The notes: generated by a model not told the origin, from the sequence alone. A DNA stretch of 32,000 bases from Candidatus Helarchaeota ASGARD archaeon Hel_GB_B (GCA_005191425.1 SUPR01000020.1:1-32000), one strand, 5' to 3'. Shown: positions 18,705 through 29,366, counted from the stretch's first letter. Numbers and translations: made by a program.

Positions 18705-19181
18705 TTGGACTTTATTAGAAAAATATTTTGGGCATCTGGAATAATTATAATTATTGTAACAATAATCAACTTTATTTCTTCAATTATCAATATCCAATGG
18801 ACTATTTTTTGGATTATTATAGGTGCATTGCTTATTATCTGTCCCGAGCTTTACTTTTTTCTTAGAAAATTTTTCCGCGTCAGATCGGTTGGAGAAATTC
18901 TTGACCAACACCCACGAATTACCGAAAATCAATTGTTGAAATTTTTTGAAGATAAACCAGCTTTTAAAATTTTACCTGTTTTCCGCAATTATAAAAAAGG
19001 AATAATCGTTTTGTCTTCTGGTAGATATATTCATTATAATAATCAATTTATTGATAAATTTATTAATGAATATAATAAAACAAGTAATCTATCTAAGTTA
19101 TCTGAAAATCTGAAACTGTCCAAAACTGAAATTCGGGATATAATCAAGAAATTGCAAGCATTAAAAATTTTAAGACCTTAA
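18705..19181 (+). CDS. Hypothetical membrane protein: two N-terminal TM helices plus a possible C-terminal winged helix
   Basis: Two hydrophobic segments, then LSKLSENLKLSKTEIRDIIKKL (HTH-like). TTG start. Confidence 0.6.
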   Translation: MDFIRKIFWASGIIIIIVTIINFISSIINIQWTIFWIIIGALLIICPELYFFLRKFFRVRSVGEILDQHPRITENQLLKFFEDKPAFKILPVFRNYKKGIIVLSSGRYIHYNNQFIDKFINEYNKTSNLSKLSENLKLSKTEIRDIIKKLQALKILRP

Positions 19182-19189
19182 ACCATTTC

Positions 19190-19462
19190 TCATTTATAAA
19201 ATAATTCCAACTCCTGCTTTTTATTAAGTAAATCCTTGGTAATTTCATATTGAAATGGATATTTTGAATTTTTATTTACTATCTTTATGTAATTATTATT
19301 TACCAACCATTTAACAATTTTATAAATTTCATAATGAACATTTTCACCTTGATTAATTTTTAGTTTTTTCCTCAATTTTTTTATAGTAAATGTAAATTCA
19401 TTATTATAATACATTATAGATAATAATTCAATTACATTTTTAAATAAATTCAACGAAATCAT
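19190..19462 (-). CDS. Small basic protein, probable winged-helix DNA-binding domain
   Basis: FTIKKLRKKLKI…IYKIVKWLVNNNYIKIV…YEIT pattern. Overlaps the upstream RHH gene by 23 nt. Confidence 0.55.
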   Translation of the reverse strand: MISLNLFKNVIELLSIMYYNNEFTFTIKKLRKKLKINQGENVHYEIYKIVKWLVNNNYIKIVNKNSKYPFQYEITKDLLNKKQELELFYK

Positions 19463-19685
19463 CCATTCTTTTTTGAATCATTTTAACCTTTCTTTTTTTC
19501 TCGTCCGTTTCATTCATTACTTTTTCGTTATATTTATTTAATATTTTTAGGTCTCTTTTTATCATTCGGTCTAGTGCAACCCTAACAATTTCACTATAAC
19601 AAGGACTTATTCCTTCCTCTATCAATTTATTCATTATTTTAATATGCGTTTCGGGAACCCTTATTGTTTTTCGTACTTTTGGCAT
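19440..19685 (-). CDS. Ribbon-helix-helix (CopG/Arc/MetJ-like) regulator
   Basis: Alternating beta strand RKTIRVP, helix, then G…SEIVRVALDRMI. Confidence 0.75.
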   Translation of the reverse strand: MPKVRKTIRVPETHIKIMNKLIEEGISPCYSEIVRVALDRMIKRDLKILNKYNEKVMNETDEKKRKVKMIQKRMDDFVEFI

Positions 19686-20197
19686 AATTTTTCCAGCCTT
19701 TTACTTTATGTTTTATTTTTGTTTTTTACTTTATTTAATATTTTCTTTTTCTTTCAGTTAAATTAATACCAAACTCTCTTATTTATTATTAACAATACCC
19801 ATTTTTCCACTCCAGACCGACTAAAATCCCCACCTTTGGGTTTAAAAAGAAATTATAAAAATCTATGGTTTTTCAAAACTTTTTTTACCTCTAATTTAAA
19901 ATTCAATAAAAATTTCTTACCATAATAATCTGATTTTCTTTAAATTTGGAAAAACTCTAAAAATTAGAAGAAAATGCCCAATAAATGCCCTAAATTAATA
20001 GTTAAAATTTTAAATTGTACATTATTTAATTTTAAATTCCAATTTAATTATAGTAGATTACTCTCTTGGAAAATAAAAATAAATTCCTAAATGAATTAAG
20101 ATAAAGAATTTTTTTGTAAAATTTGTGCTAATATGTTTATATTAAATTATTAATATAAAATTTAATCGAAACTATTACTATATGTGTAGAAGTTTAA

Positions 20198-22144
20198 ATG
20201 AAATCGAGAAATTTTAAATTATTATTAATGATAATAGTGAGTATAGCAATTGTATCATTAATTTTAATTCCACTAAATACTAATATTATTATAAAAAATT
20301 TCATAAGAAGCTATAATTCAGAGAGCAATTTAATGATCCGAAATAGTTCATTCAGTCCAAAATTGACATTTCAATCGGGATATATTGTAGAATCAATAGA
20401 AACAGAAAGCGATACAAATGGAATACCAAAAATATATTTATTTAAGTGCCAAGACGGTACCAACTCTACTGTTGAAATTTTAAAATATTTTGAAAATGGT
20501 TATGACTGTTCTCAGAATATTGTATTTGATCATTTAAGTTCAGAGATTTTACTGGGCGATATCAATGGGGATTTTTATTCAGATATAATAGATGTGTATG
20601 GCGAATCTACGAGTAATATAGATGCGCATTTACAGAACCCATCCAGTAAAATATTTTACAAGATACCAAATTCAATATATCCTATGTCATATCTAGTTTC
20701 AAAAACAGTATTGGCAGATATGAGTGGTTCTGGCATATTTGATGTATTTCCGTTTTCAGATGATTTAAAATGGCTACGGTGGAACTCTACTACATCATCA
20801 TTTATAAGATTGAATAATCTCACATTAAAATTAGATCCAAATAGAACTTCGATAGTGATTCCTAGCATAATGTGGCGGTTGGACATTGATCAAGATTCTG
20901 ATGATGAAATAATAATTTATGGAAAAGATGCAATTAACCATTCCTATTTTTTAACTATAAACAAAAGGGTATCATTAAATTTATTTAATACAACTATTGA
21001 ATTTACGAATTTAACCAGAGCTCCGACCTACAACCATATGATTTTAAGTGATGATATTAACGGAGATTTTCTGGAAGACCTAATAGCAGTAAATTCAACA
21101 GGAATGTATTTCTATTACCAGGCAGCATATCATAAATTCTCTAAGAGATATAATGTATCCATATTAACTGGAACAAATTTGAAAGTAATTGAGAGTACTT
21201 ATTTAAATCCAAATTCATTGGTCGACCTAGTAGGGACTGACGGGATCTATCTCTATATATACCATGATATTATTAATAGGCTACCACCTATTGTAATTAA
21301 TCCACCAAAAATGCTTTCAATTAGGAGCCTAAAAATAACTTATGTAAATTCTGATGATTCCCCAGATATTATTATGGTGGGAACGAGTGGAACAAATTCA
21401 CAGGTCTATATATTCTATCAAGAAGCTGAGAATTATTTTAAAACAGGTGGAGAAATTTTAATGGAAACAATATCAGCAGGCGCGTTAGCTAGTGTTACGG
21501 CATTGGGAATGGTAGTTGGGCAAGTTCAAGGTGGGTTCGAATCAGTAAGTAGGGGTACATCGGGCTAATTTGGGGGAAAAGATGGTATTGGAATTGAAAA
21601 TAAATCGGAATCATCAAAAATAGATTTTGGTATAAAGAGGCCAAGTAAATGGTTTAAAAGGAAAAAAATGGTGATGTATACTACTTCATTAGGACTTAGT
21701 TCATTCTTAAGTCTGGCATTTATATTTCTTATCTATCCAATATTATTAAGCAGTCCTTGGCTCGTCTGGGTGGGTACAATTATTGGACCAATTGGTTTTT
21801 TCTATGGGACTTATGATTTTGTTTATGTTGGATTATATACTCATAAAGGAAATCTATGGAAAGCATATTATAAAGGCAAAACTAAATTCTTTTGGGATGT
21901 TTTTAGCTGGGCTAAACCAATATTAACAATTTGGTGCACTTATACCACAGTAAATATGTTTCTAATTTTGACATTCTCGAATATCTTCTGGGCAATTACA
22001 TCTATTGGAATATTATGTGCTGGAATGATTGGACTTCTTTTACTATCTATTTATGGCTTTAAAGTAGACAAAATAATAGAAGTCGATGAGTTAAGAAAAA
22101 AATCTCTTGATTATATAAAGCAGAAAAAAAATAATGATGAATAA
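20198..22144 (+). pseudogene. Secreted FG-GAP/VCBS beta-propeller plus multi-TM protein, split by one in-frame TAA at 21566-21568 (ORFs 20198-21568 and 21668-22144 share a frame)
   Basis: Signal/TM N-terminus and about six D-x-N/D-G-D-x-x-x-D-like repeats (GDINGDFYSDI, ADMSGSGIFDV, DIDQDSDDEI, DDINGDFLEDL, YLNPNSLVDL, YVNSDDSPDI). After the TAA the frame is open for 33 codons into ATG 21668. The joined product would be about 648 aa. Confidence 0.75.
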
Positions 22145-22280
22145 ACTCTTAATAATTCCTTTATTTTTTAAATTTTGAAATATATCTTCTGAATTACTAA
22201 AAAATTTCTTTTAAATAGGTTTTAAACCATTTTATATGATTTTCTATTTTTATCTCAATCCAATCTTTCTTAATTTAAAT

Positions 22281-23012
22281 TCATAATGGATTTGACGAGA
22301 TAGCGTCATTTTGAATTTTAATCAATTTTTTGATACCAGACCAGGATAAATTAATTAGTTTATTTAGTTCATTGATATCAAAAGGATTTCCTTCAGCAGT
22401 AGCTTGAATTTCAACAAGTTTTTGGGATTTGGTCATTACACAATTTAAATCAACACTTGCCTTAGAGTCTTCATCATAACACAAATCAAGTAAATATTCA
22501 TTTCCGACAATACCAGAAGATATAGCGGCAATTGGTTCAATTATTGGGTTCTCTTCGATTGTGCCATTATTTAAAAGTTTTTGAATTGCTGCTGTTAGAG
22601 CAATATAACTACCAGTAATGCTTGCACACCTAGTACCGCCATCAGCTTGTATTACATCACAATCAACAATAATGGAATGTTCACCAATCTTGGTAAGGTC
22701 AATTATAGCTCTTAAAGACCTGCCAATAAGTCGAGATATTTCTTGAGTACGACCATGAACATGTCCGAGTTTACTTTCTCGTACATTTCTAATGTGAGTA
22801 GCAGATGGGAGCATACTATATTCTGCAGTTAACCACCCTTTTTCTGTGCCCTGTAGGAATTTAGGCACCTCATCTTTAATGGATATATTACATATTACCC
22901 GAGTATTTCCTTGAGTAATTAAAATAGAACCTTCGGGATATAAAATATAATTTGGATAACCTTCAATTATGGTTTTTCTAATCTCATCATTAGCCCTACC
23001 ATCAATTCGCAT
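22281..23012 (-). CDS. rph: Ribonuclease PH, bacterial type; likely start is ATG 23012
   Basis: MRIDGRA…GWLTAEYSMLPSAT…GRTQEISRLIGRSLRA…DCDVIQADGGTRCASITG…LDLCYDEDS.A.VDLN.VM…EIQATAEG.PF. Confidence 0.93.
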   Translation of the reverse strand: MRIDGRANDEIRKTIIEGYPNYILYPEGSILITQGNTRVICNISIKDEVPKFLQGTEKGWLTAEYSMLPSATHIRNVRESKLGHVHGRTQEISRLIGRSLRAIIDLTKIGEHSIIVDCDVIQADGGTRCASITGSYIALTAAIQKLLNNGTIEENPIIEPIAAISSGIVGNEYLLDLCYDEDSKASVDLNCVMTKSQKLVEIQATAEGNPFDINELNKLINLSWSGIKKLIKIQNDAISSNPL

Positions 23013-23247
23013 GATAATTAGCAACCTATGGTTTTTTTTTAATTGTCTATATATCTCCAATTTGGTATATTAAAAAATTTTCAATATTGACTTGATTTGA
23101 ATTTAGATCTTTTGTAGAATATTTGAATAATAAAATAGAAATAATATTTTCTCAGAATTAAAGTATAGTTATTTATAAATGAAAATATTTGAAAAAATCT
23201 TTATTAAAAATAGAAAAAAAAAGATTTAAAGAATATATTAAGCAATT

Positions 23248-25425
23248 CTAAATAATACCTATCAATATTATAATTAAATAATTGAATATTGAATATGTCA
23301 TAATGAATAGGGGAAAAAATGTTAGTGCCATATTATTAATAGTAGTAACAAAACTTCCAAGACTTGAACCGGCAGTATCTTTACACGGATCACCTACCGT
23401 ATCACCAATAACAGCCGCCTTATATGCTTCAATTGTTTCGGGCTTGGATTTATCTCGGAGTGTTTTGCGTAATTTTTTTGCATTGTCCCAGCTTGCACCA
23501 GCGATATTTAAATAAATACCCATAGCCCCACCAACGAAGGTACCGATTATTAAGAATGCACCAGCGGTTAGTGGACCTAGAAATATTCCAACTATTATAG
23601 GCATAGTTATAATTAAAATTGAAGGTGAGATCATATTTTTTAATGCAGATTTTGTGCTTATATCAACACAAATATCATAATCTGGTTTCTCTATGTCTTG
23701 CATTATACCGGGTTTAACTCTAAATTGTCGTCTAACTTCCTCGATCATATCAAATGCAGTTTTTCCGACAGCTCTCATTAACATCGAAACAAACATAAAA
23801 ACAGTTGCAACACCAAAAATTCCACCAATTGCGATTTGTGGGAGCCCAATATTAATAATTGGAGCAAATCCAGCATCTTCTAACAGCTGTAAATATGCAA
23901 AAATGGTAACAAATCCTATAACAGTCCCACTAATAATTGAAAATCCTTTCGTAAGTGATTTGGTACTATTTCCAGTCGCATCTAATTTGTCTATATTACT
24001 ACGAATTTCAGGTTCCATATTTGCCATTTCGGAAATTCCACCAGCATTGTCAGAAATGGGCCCAAACCCGTCCATTGATAATATTATACCTGTTCCACTT
24101 GTCATCCCCATTGCCATTAGGACAATTCCATAAATTCCACCCGTAGATAAAGATACTGTAAGATAACTTACTTGTAAAGCAAAAGCTAGACCACAACCAT
24201 AAGCTCCCAAAATTAAAATTCCCATGATAATTAATGGTATAAAAACAGACCTCAGACCATTAGCCATTCCAGATATTATAGTAGTAGCAGGCCCTGTCTC
24301 GGATTCATCTGAAATTTCTTTGACTGCCTTCGAATTAAATCCAGTATATCGTTCGACTATTTTTCCTATTAGTAGATTCGCAATTATACCAAATATTGCA
24401 GCAAATACTAAAAAAATCGACGAAAAAATAACATAGATAGAAATTACATAAAATACTCCAATTAATAGACTACTAATATAAAGCCCTTTATTTAATAATT
24501 TCCATATATCTTTCTCTTTTTCCGCTTTTTTACTCATATTCACAATAAAATAACCAATTATAGTTGAAATAGCCGCAATAAACCTAACCAAAAACGGAAA
24601 AAATATTAATGCCTCACTAGCCATTCCACCTGATAACTCCCATAATGCTAATCCCAGTATCATTGATGAAATTATTTCTGAGGTTAATGTCTCGTAAAGA
24701 TCAGCACTTCTGCCAGCACAATCGCCAACATTATCTCCAACTGCATCGGCAATTACTGCAGGATTTCTATGGTCATCTTCAGGAATCCCTGCTTCAAGTT
24801 TTCCGACTATGTCTGCACCGATATCGGCCCCCTTCGTAAAAATCCCGCCCCCTAATTGGGCAATAACTGAGGTAAAAGAGCTCCCAAAAGCACATCCAGC
24901 AATATTTAACATTACAGTATGATAGTCCATATTCATTAAATATCTGAAAATTGAAAAAGTCACTATTATTTGAATTATATTTATTCCAAATACTAATAGC
25001 CCCATAATCGTCCCGCCATCAAACGCAGTTTTGGTCGCATTTAAAAGCCCCTTCTTAGCTACTAATGTTACTCGAACATTCGTCCTGGTTGCCAAGTCCA
25101 TTCCTATAAAACTTGCAGCCAACGATGTAATTGTACCAATTAAGTATGAGAGTCCTACCCACCCATTTGAAACAAAACCAAAGTAAAAATCGGAAATACC
25201 AAATACTAAGAAAAGTAAAATAGCTATTAACAATGTAATAATTAAAATAGTTTTGAATTCTCGCTTCATATATGCTTTTGCGCCAGTTCTAATTGCTTTG
25301 AATATTTCATTTGTTATACCAGTACCAGTTGATAATTTACTTACTTTAAACCAGAGATATAAAGCAAATCCTATGGATAATGATCCAGCAATAGTACCAA
25401 GCATTAAAAATAAAAGTGGTATCAT
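23248..25425 (-). CDS. hppA: Membrane-bound H+-translocating pyrophosphatase, predicted K+-independent
   Basis: GGGIFTKGADIGAD…EDDHRNP…GDNVGD, DGFGPISDNAGG, LDATGNSTK (Lys489), WDNAKK, GDTVGDP.KDT. Many TM helices. Confidence 0.95.
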   Translation of the reverse strand: MIPLLFLMLGTIAGSLSIGFALYLWFKVSKLSTGTGITNEIFKAIRTGAKAYMKREFKTILIITLLIAILLFLVFGISDFYFGFVSNGWVGLSYLIGTITSLAASFIGMDLATRTNVRVTLVAKKGLLNATKTAFDGGTIMGLLVFGINIIQIIVTFSIFRYLMNMDYHTVMLNIAGCAFGSSFTSVIAQLGGGIFTKGADIGADIVGKLEAGIPEDDHRNPAVIADAVGDNVGDCAGRSADLYETLTSEIISSMILGLALWELSGGMASEALIFFPFLVRFIAAISTIIGYFIVNMSKKAEKEKDIWKLLNKGLYISSLLIGVFYVISIYVIFSSIFLVFAAIFGIIANLLIGKIVERYTGFNSKAVKEISDESETGPATTIISGMANGLRSVFIPLIIMGILILGAYGCGLAFALQVSYLTVSLSTGGIYGIVLMAMGMTSGTGIILSMDGFGPISDNAGGISEMANMEPEIRSNIDKLDATGNSTKSLTKGFSIISGTVIGFVTIFAYLQLLEDAGFAPIINIGLPQIAIGGIFGVATVFMFVSMLMRAVGKTAFDMIEEVRRQFRVKPGIMQDIEKPDYDICVDISTKSALKNMISPSILIITMPIIVGIFLGPLTAGAFLIIGTFVGGAMGIYLNIAGASWDNAKKLRKTLRDKSKPETIEAYKAAVIGDTVGDPCKDTAGSSLGSFVTTINNMALTFFPLFIMTYSIFNYLIIILIGII

Positions 25426-25647
25426 ATTTTTTACACTCTGTATTTGTTTTTGTATATTCTTAAGATTGATAAAATTAGATAATCGATTTCAAATTTCATT
25501 TAATAATTTTTTTCAAAGTTTTATCATGAATTAAAATTAAGTAATAAATAAAGGAATATTTTAAAAAAAAATAAAAAACAAATATCAAATATTTATTAAA
25601 TAAAAAAGTCCAAATTTTAATTGAAAAATTCATTTTGAATTTATATT

Positions 25648-26775
25648 TTAATTTTTGTATATTCCATATTTTTTACCGGCATTTATCATAGCTTGTACAT
25701 TAATAAATTTAGCATCAGATGCAACTTCACAACCAGAACCTAAAATAAACCCCCCACCCTCTTTACACTTTTCAATGATGCGTTTACAATATTTATCTAC
25801 CTCCTTCGCTGTTCCAATAGATAGTATGGTCGAACTTACATTCCCCATTAAACACATTCTATCTCCGAGAATTTCCTTCGCCTTAATTATATCTGTATTT
25901 TCAAGGTGCAAGATATACCTCCCATTTTTTGGTAATTCTAAAAAATATTCAAGAAATGGCCCCCAATTTGTGTCCATATGAAAAAGATTTGTATATCCAA
26001 GCTTATTATTAATTTTAACAATTTGTTTTATATATGGTAAAACTAAATCTTCGAATATCTCTGCCGAAATAAAATTATTGGAAACTCGTTCAAGACAAAT
26101 ATAGGATCTATTTACCCTTACTAATTTTTTCAAAAATAAATCGTTTGCAATTAGTCCTTTTATCATGAAATCACACATTTCCTTTAATTCTTCTCTATTT
26201 TTATGAAGATATCGAGACCACCTCTTTATACCGCATAAATAAGACAGGGTTTCCAGCGGAGTAATATTGGCAGAACCAGTATATACTGGGACTCTCCTTT
26301 TTTTCTCCCAATAATTAATGAATTTAGCAATCTTAAACATGTCCATTTGCGTCCTGAAAATTTTCCGAGGAGAAACATATCTCCAAATTGAACTAAAACC
26401 ACTTTTCATTATATTCTTAAAATCTTCAATTTTGAGGATCGGACGCTCAATAAACTGCAAACTACCATTTCTTAAATGCGGTATATTTAACTCACTAAAA
26501 AAACCAGAATGTGCTGCAGGTATAGGCTCGTAAAATGCATATACTCTACCAATTGGAATATGCACCATATCTAAATCACGACCATGTCTTTCATATGTTG
26601 TTTTTACTGCCCGCGCCGCTATCTTAAAATCTCCCAAAACATATTCAGCTGGCGTGATACCCGCACAATTTGCATAATAATAGTCCATTAATGGTGCAAT
26701 AGGTACCCTATCTGGCTCTTTTAATAATACTGCCGTATTAAATCGTTCCATCGAAGTCATTTCGTCCTTTTTCAT
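25648..26775 (-). CDS. Uroporphyrinogen decarboxylase / MtaA-CmuA family TIM-barrel protein
   Basis: N-terminal ERF…EPDRVP, and C-terminal AKEILGDRMCLMGNV…GTAKEV…GGGFILGSGCEV. Confidence 0.8.
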   Translation of the reverse strand: MKKDEMTSMERFNTAVLLKEPDRVPIAPLMDYYYANCAGITPAEYVLGDFKIAARAVKTTYERHGRDLDMVHIPIGRVYAFYEPIPAAHSGFFSELNIPHLRNGSLQFIERPILKIEDFKNIMKSGFSSIWRYVSPRKIFRTQMDMFKIAKFINYWEKKRRVPVYTGSANITPLETLSYLCGIKRWSRYLHKNREELKEMCDFMIKGLIANDLFLKKLVRVNRSYICLERVSNNFISAEIFEDLVLPYIKQIVKINNKLGYTNLFHMDTNWGPFLEYFLELPKNGRYILHLENTDIIKAKEILGDRMCLMGNVSSTILSIGTAKEVDKYCKRIIEKCKEGGGFILGSGCEVASDAKFINVQAMINAGKKYGIYKN

Positions 26776-26781
26776 ATTCTT

Positions 26782-27096
26782 TCACTTGAACTCCATTTTG
26801 CTATTTCTTTTCATATGTCTCATTCTATCTATAATGTAAAAATTCAGCCCGATATAATCACTAAATATACCAAAACTCATATCTCGAGTTGCATTTATAA
26901 TAATCCGCAATAAATATGGTAGACTAACTAATATCGCATAAATAAAATGAAAAAAATCCCATAAAATTAATCTATAATAAAACAATCGAACTTGATTCTT
27001 GTTTTTTCTTGAATTAAACTTTGTACCAAATAGTAATTCTTTATAATAATTAAGATATTCATTATAATTTAATTTCTCATCAGTCAATTTTCTCAC
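26782..27096 (-). CDS. Small hypothetical protein, probably co-transcribed with the URO-D-family gene
   Basis: GTG start, one hydrophobic segment, stop 6 nt before the next ATG. Confidence 0.45.
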   Translation of the reverse strand: MRKLTDEKLNYNEYLNYYKELLFGTKFNSRKNKNQVRLFYYRLILWDFFHFIYAILVSLPYLLRIIINATRDMSFGIFSDYIGLNFYIIDRMRHMKRNSKMEFK

Positions 27097-27279
27097 AGTT
27101 AATTAAAAATAATTTAAAATTTTTCGAAAGTTTGATTTTTTATAAATCATTCATCAAATTAAATAAAAACACATTATATATAAAAATTTAAAAAACTATG
27201 GAAGAAGAATTAAGATTTCAACTATTATAAACCCATTCTAATTTAAATTTTCAAACGTTAATTAAAAAAATATTAATAA

Positions 27280-28296
27280 TTAGATTGTATCTTCAATTTT
27301 TATTTTAGGTGGATTGATAATCTCTTCTATTGTATTATTTTTATATAATTTATTGGCAAATATATACAAATTTTCAAAATCTAAAGGCTCATTTGCTTCT
27401 TGTTCTAAAGTCCAATAATATGTGGGAAGTCGATGCTTTAAATCCTTGATCCTTAATAACTGATTTTCTCGCATTTTTCTTAAAAATTCATTGTCTTTTA
27501 TAACACTTTCTCCAATTATTTTGTTTATATAGACCGCATCAACTTCATGATACACCGCAAACATATCAACTGCCCTTATTGTCTCCTGAATTGCAGCCCA
27601 TTCTGGAATCGAAACAAGTCTTAATGTCAAATATTTTTCTATTATTTTGTTTACAATATCTCCTCTCTTTTTTAACTTTTTTAAATAATCAAGTAATTGA
27701 GAAAGAGGACTATTTAAACTTAACATTTTTGTGGGGTTCAATGCCCTTCGGACACCCTCATATGCTAACACAATCGGTGCTCTATAACTTAAAAAATTAG
27801 TCATCAACTCCTGAACAAAAAATTTTGGGACTTCCAATAAATTAATCGTCCCGCCAGTTGGAGGAAAATCCGATATTATAAACGAATATTCTTTTGATTT
27901 TGCCGCATTAAAAAAGAGCTGAAAAAAAGCAGACACTTTAGCTTGCTTCGGTAAATTGGAACTTTGAAGCATAGATTCAATTAATATTTTTAAAGAGGGG
28001 ACCATATTTGGTATAGCAAGGTCATAGATTGTTTTTTTCATTAACTTGAAAATCGGCTCTGAATACTCTTTTATATAATGTTCTGGGTCTGGCTCTATTA
28101 CATCTAAATAATCTGATACTGGTGTTATTTTATCTCCAATTTTCTTGTTGAAGATATCACTCAAATTATGCGCTATATCAAATGAAATTAATAACGTCTT
28201 CTCCTGCAAATCTTGAGATAACTTCACCGCTGTCGCACTTGATATAGTGGTCTTTCCTACACCACCTTTACCACTGAATATAAATACTTTTTTCAT
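27280..28296 (-). CDS. ArsA/GET3 (TRC40)-family ATPase
   Basis: Deviant Walker A SGKGGVGKTT, D.AH.LSD switch I, D.PPTG switch II, V.IPE…ET.R, and YINK. SD-like AAGGTG upstream. Confidence 0.88.
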   Translation of the reverse strand: MKKVFIFSGKGGVGKTTISSATAVKLSQDLQEKTLLISFDIAHNLSDIFNKKIGDKITPVSDYLDVIEPDPEHYIKEYSEPIFKLMKKTIYDLAIPNMVPSLKILIESMLQSSNLPKQAKVSAFFQLFFNAAKSKEYSFIISDFPPTGGTINLLEVPKFFVQELMTNFLSYRAPIVLAYEGVRRALNPTKMLSLNSPLSQLLDYLKKLKKRGDIVNKIIEKYLTLRLVSIPEWAAIQETIRAVDMFAVYHEVDAVYINKIIGESVIKDNEFLRKMRENQLLRIKDLKHRLPTYYWTLEQEANEPLDFENLYIFANKLYKNNTIEEIINPPKIKIEDTI

Positions 28297-28635
28297 TGAA
28301 ACACCTTAAAGTTGAAATTTATTTGAAAATTTAAATTTTATTTTAATTTGGTAAAATAGTATTATTCATTAAACATATATAAATTTAAGTTATGTCTCTC
28401 TATTAATAAAAAATATTTTCAGTAATTGAAACAAATTTCTTCTAAAATTTCAAAAATTAAATAAATTAAATACTCTTTTTTATCTTTTACTAAAAATAAT
28501 CGAAAATTTTTTTACTTACAATTTACTATTTAAAAGATACAAATATATTGAAAATAATTAAAATCAATACCTAATTAATTTCCCATTTATAATTTATACC
28601 CTTCTATATTAATCACCTCATTTAAAAATTTAATT

Positions 28636-29355
28636 GTGGAAAATATAATGCAAACTAAAAATTTGATCTCTGATAAAAAAGGAATAATATTCTGCGATTT
28701 AGAAGGTGTATTGACTGAATTAAAATCTACTTGGGAAAAATTAAATATTGAACTGGGGATGTCTGAAAAAGAAGACTACGACCTTTATAATAAATTCATC
28801 TCTGGATCATTAGATTATCCTGGTTGGGCTAACGAAATTTATTCAAAATGGAAAAAATATTCCGAATTTAAATTGACTAAAAAATTTTTTCAAGATTTTT
28901 TTGAGCAAAATCTTCTTATTAGAAAAGGTGCAATATCTTTTATTGAAAAATGCAAAAAAAACTTTATTTTTGTGGTAATTTCAGGGTCTCCTGATATGAA
29001 CTGTAGACTAGCAAAAGAAAAACTAAATTTTGATAGATATTATTCCTTAAATAAATTAATCTTTGATTCAAATAGAAAATTAATCGGAATTTTTGGCGAT
29101 AAAAATGGCTTCAATAAAGATAAAATTATGACTAAAATTATTGAAGAATATAACTTTAAATTAGACCAAAGTATAGCTATTGGAGATTCTGAAAATGATA
29201 TTACAATGCTAAATAAAGCAAAATTGGGAATTTTAATCGGCGAAAATTTAAAATTTCCCAGAATGTTAAATAAATTAAAAACAAATATTATTAAACTTAA
29301 GAAATTAGATTTTGAGAAACTTATCAAAATAATAAATAAAAAATTTGATATTTAG
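28636..29355 (+). CDS. HAD-IB phosphatase (SerB/ThrH-like); alternative start ATG 28648
   Basis: Motif I CDLEGVL (DxE variant), motif II ISGS, motif III NKDK, motif IV AIGDSENDITML. Confidence 0.88.
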   Translation: MENIMQTKNLISDKKGIIFCDLEGVLTELKSTWEKLNIELGMSEKEDYDLYNKFISGSLDYPGWANEIYSKWKKYSEFKLTKKFFQDFFEQNLLIRKGAISFIEKCKKNFIFVVISGSPDMNCRLAKEKLNFDRYYSLNKLIFDSNRKLIGIFGDKNGFNKDKIMTKIIEEYNFKLDQSIAIGDSENDITMLNKAKLGILIGENLKFPRMLNKLKTNIIKLKKLDFEKLIKIINKKFDI

Positions 29356-29366
29356 ATAATAAAACT

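Noticed and set aside
19823-19843. Hairpin ccca-cctt-tggg upstream of the RHH gene
   Set aside because: A 4-bp stem is too short to distinguish from chance.
4092-21568. TAA reassigned to an amino acid (alternative genetic code), prompted by two in-frame TAA stops
   Set aside because: TAA terminates many complete genes here at their expected ends (ssb, xth, prenyltransferase, fni, mvk, uppS).
27280-28296. Arsenic-resistance operon
   Set aside because: No arsB, acr3, arsC, arsD or arsR nearby, and the protein has no cysteines.
28612-28620. Perfect GAGGTGAT Shine-Dalgarno on the - strand upstream of the HAD gene
   Set aside because: No ORF of meaningful length follows it.
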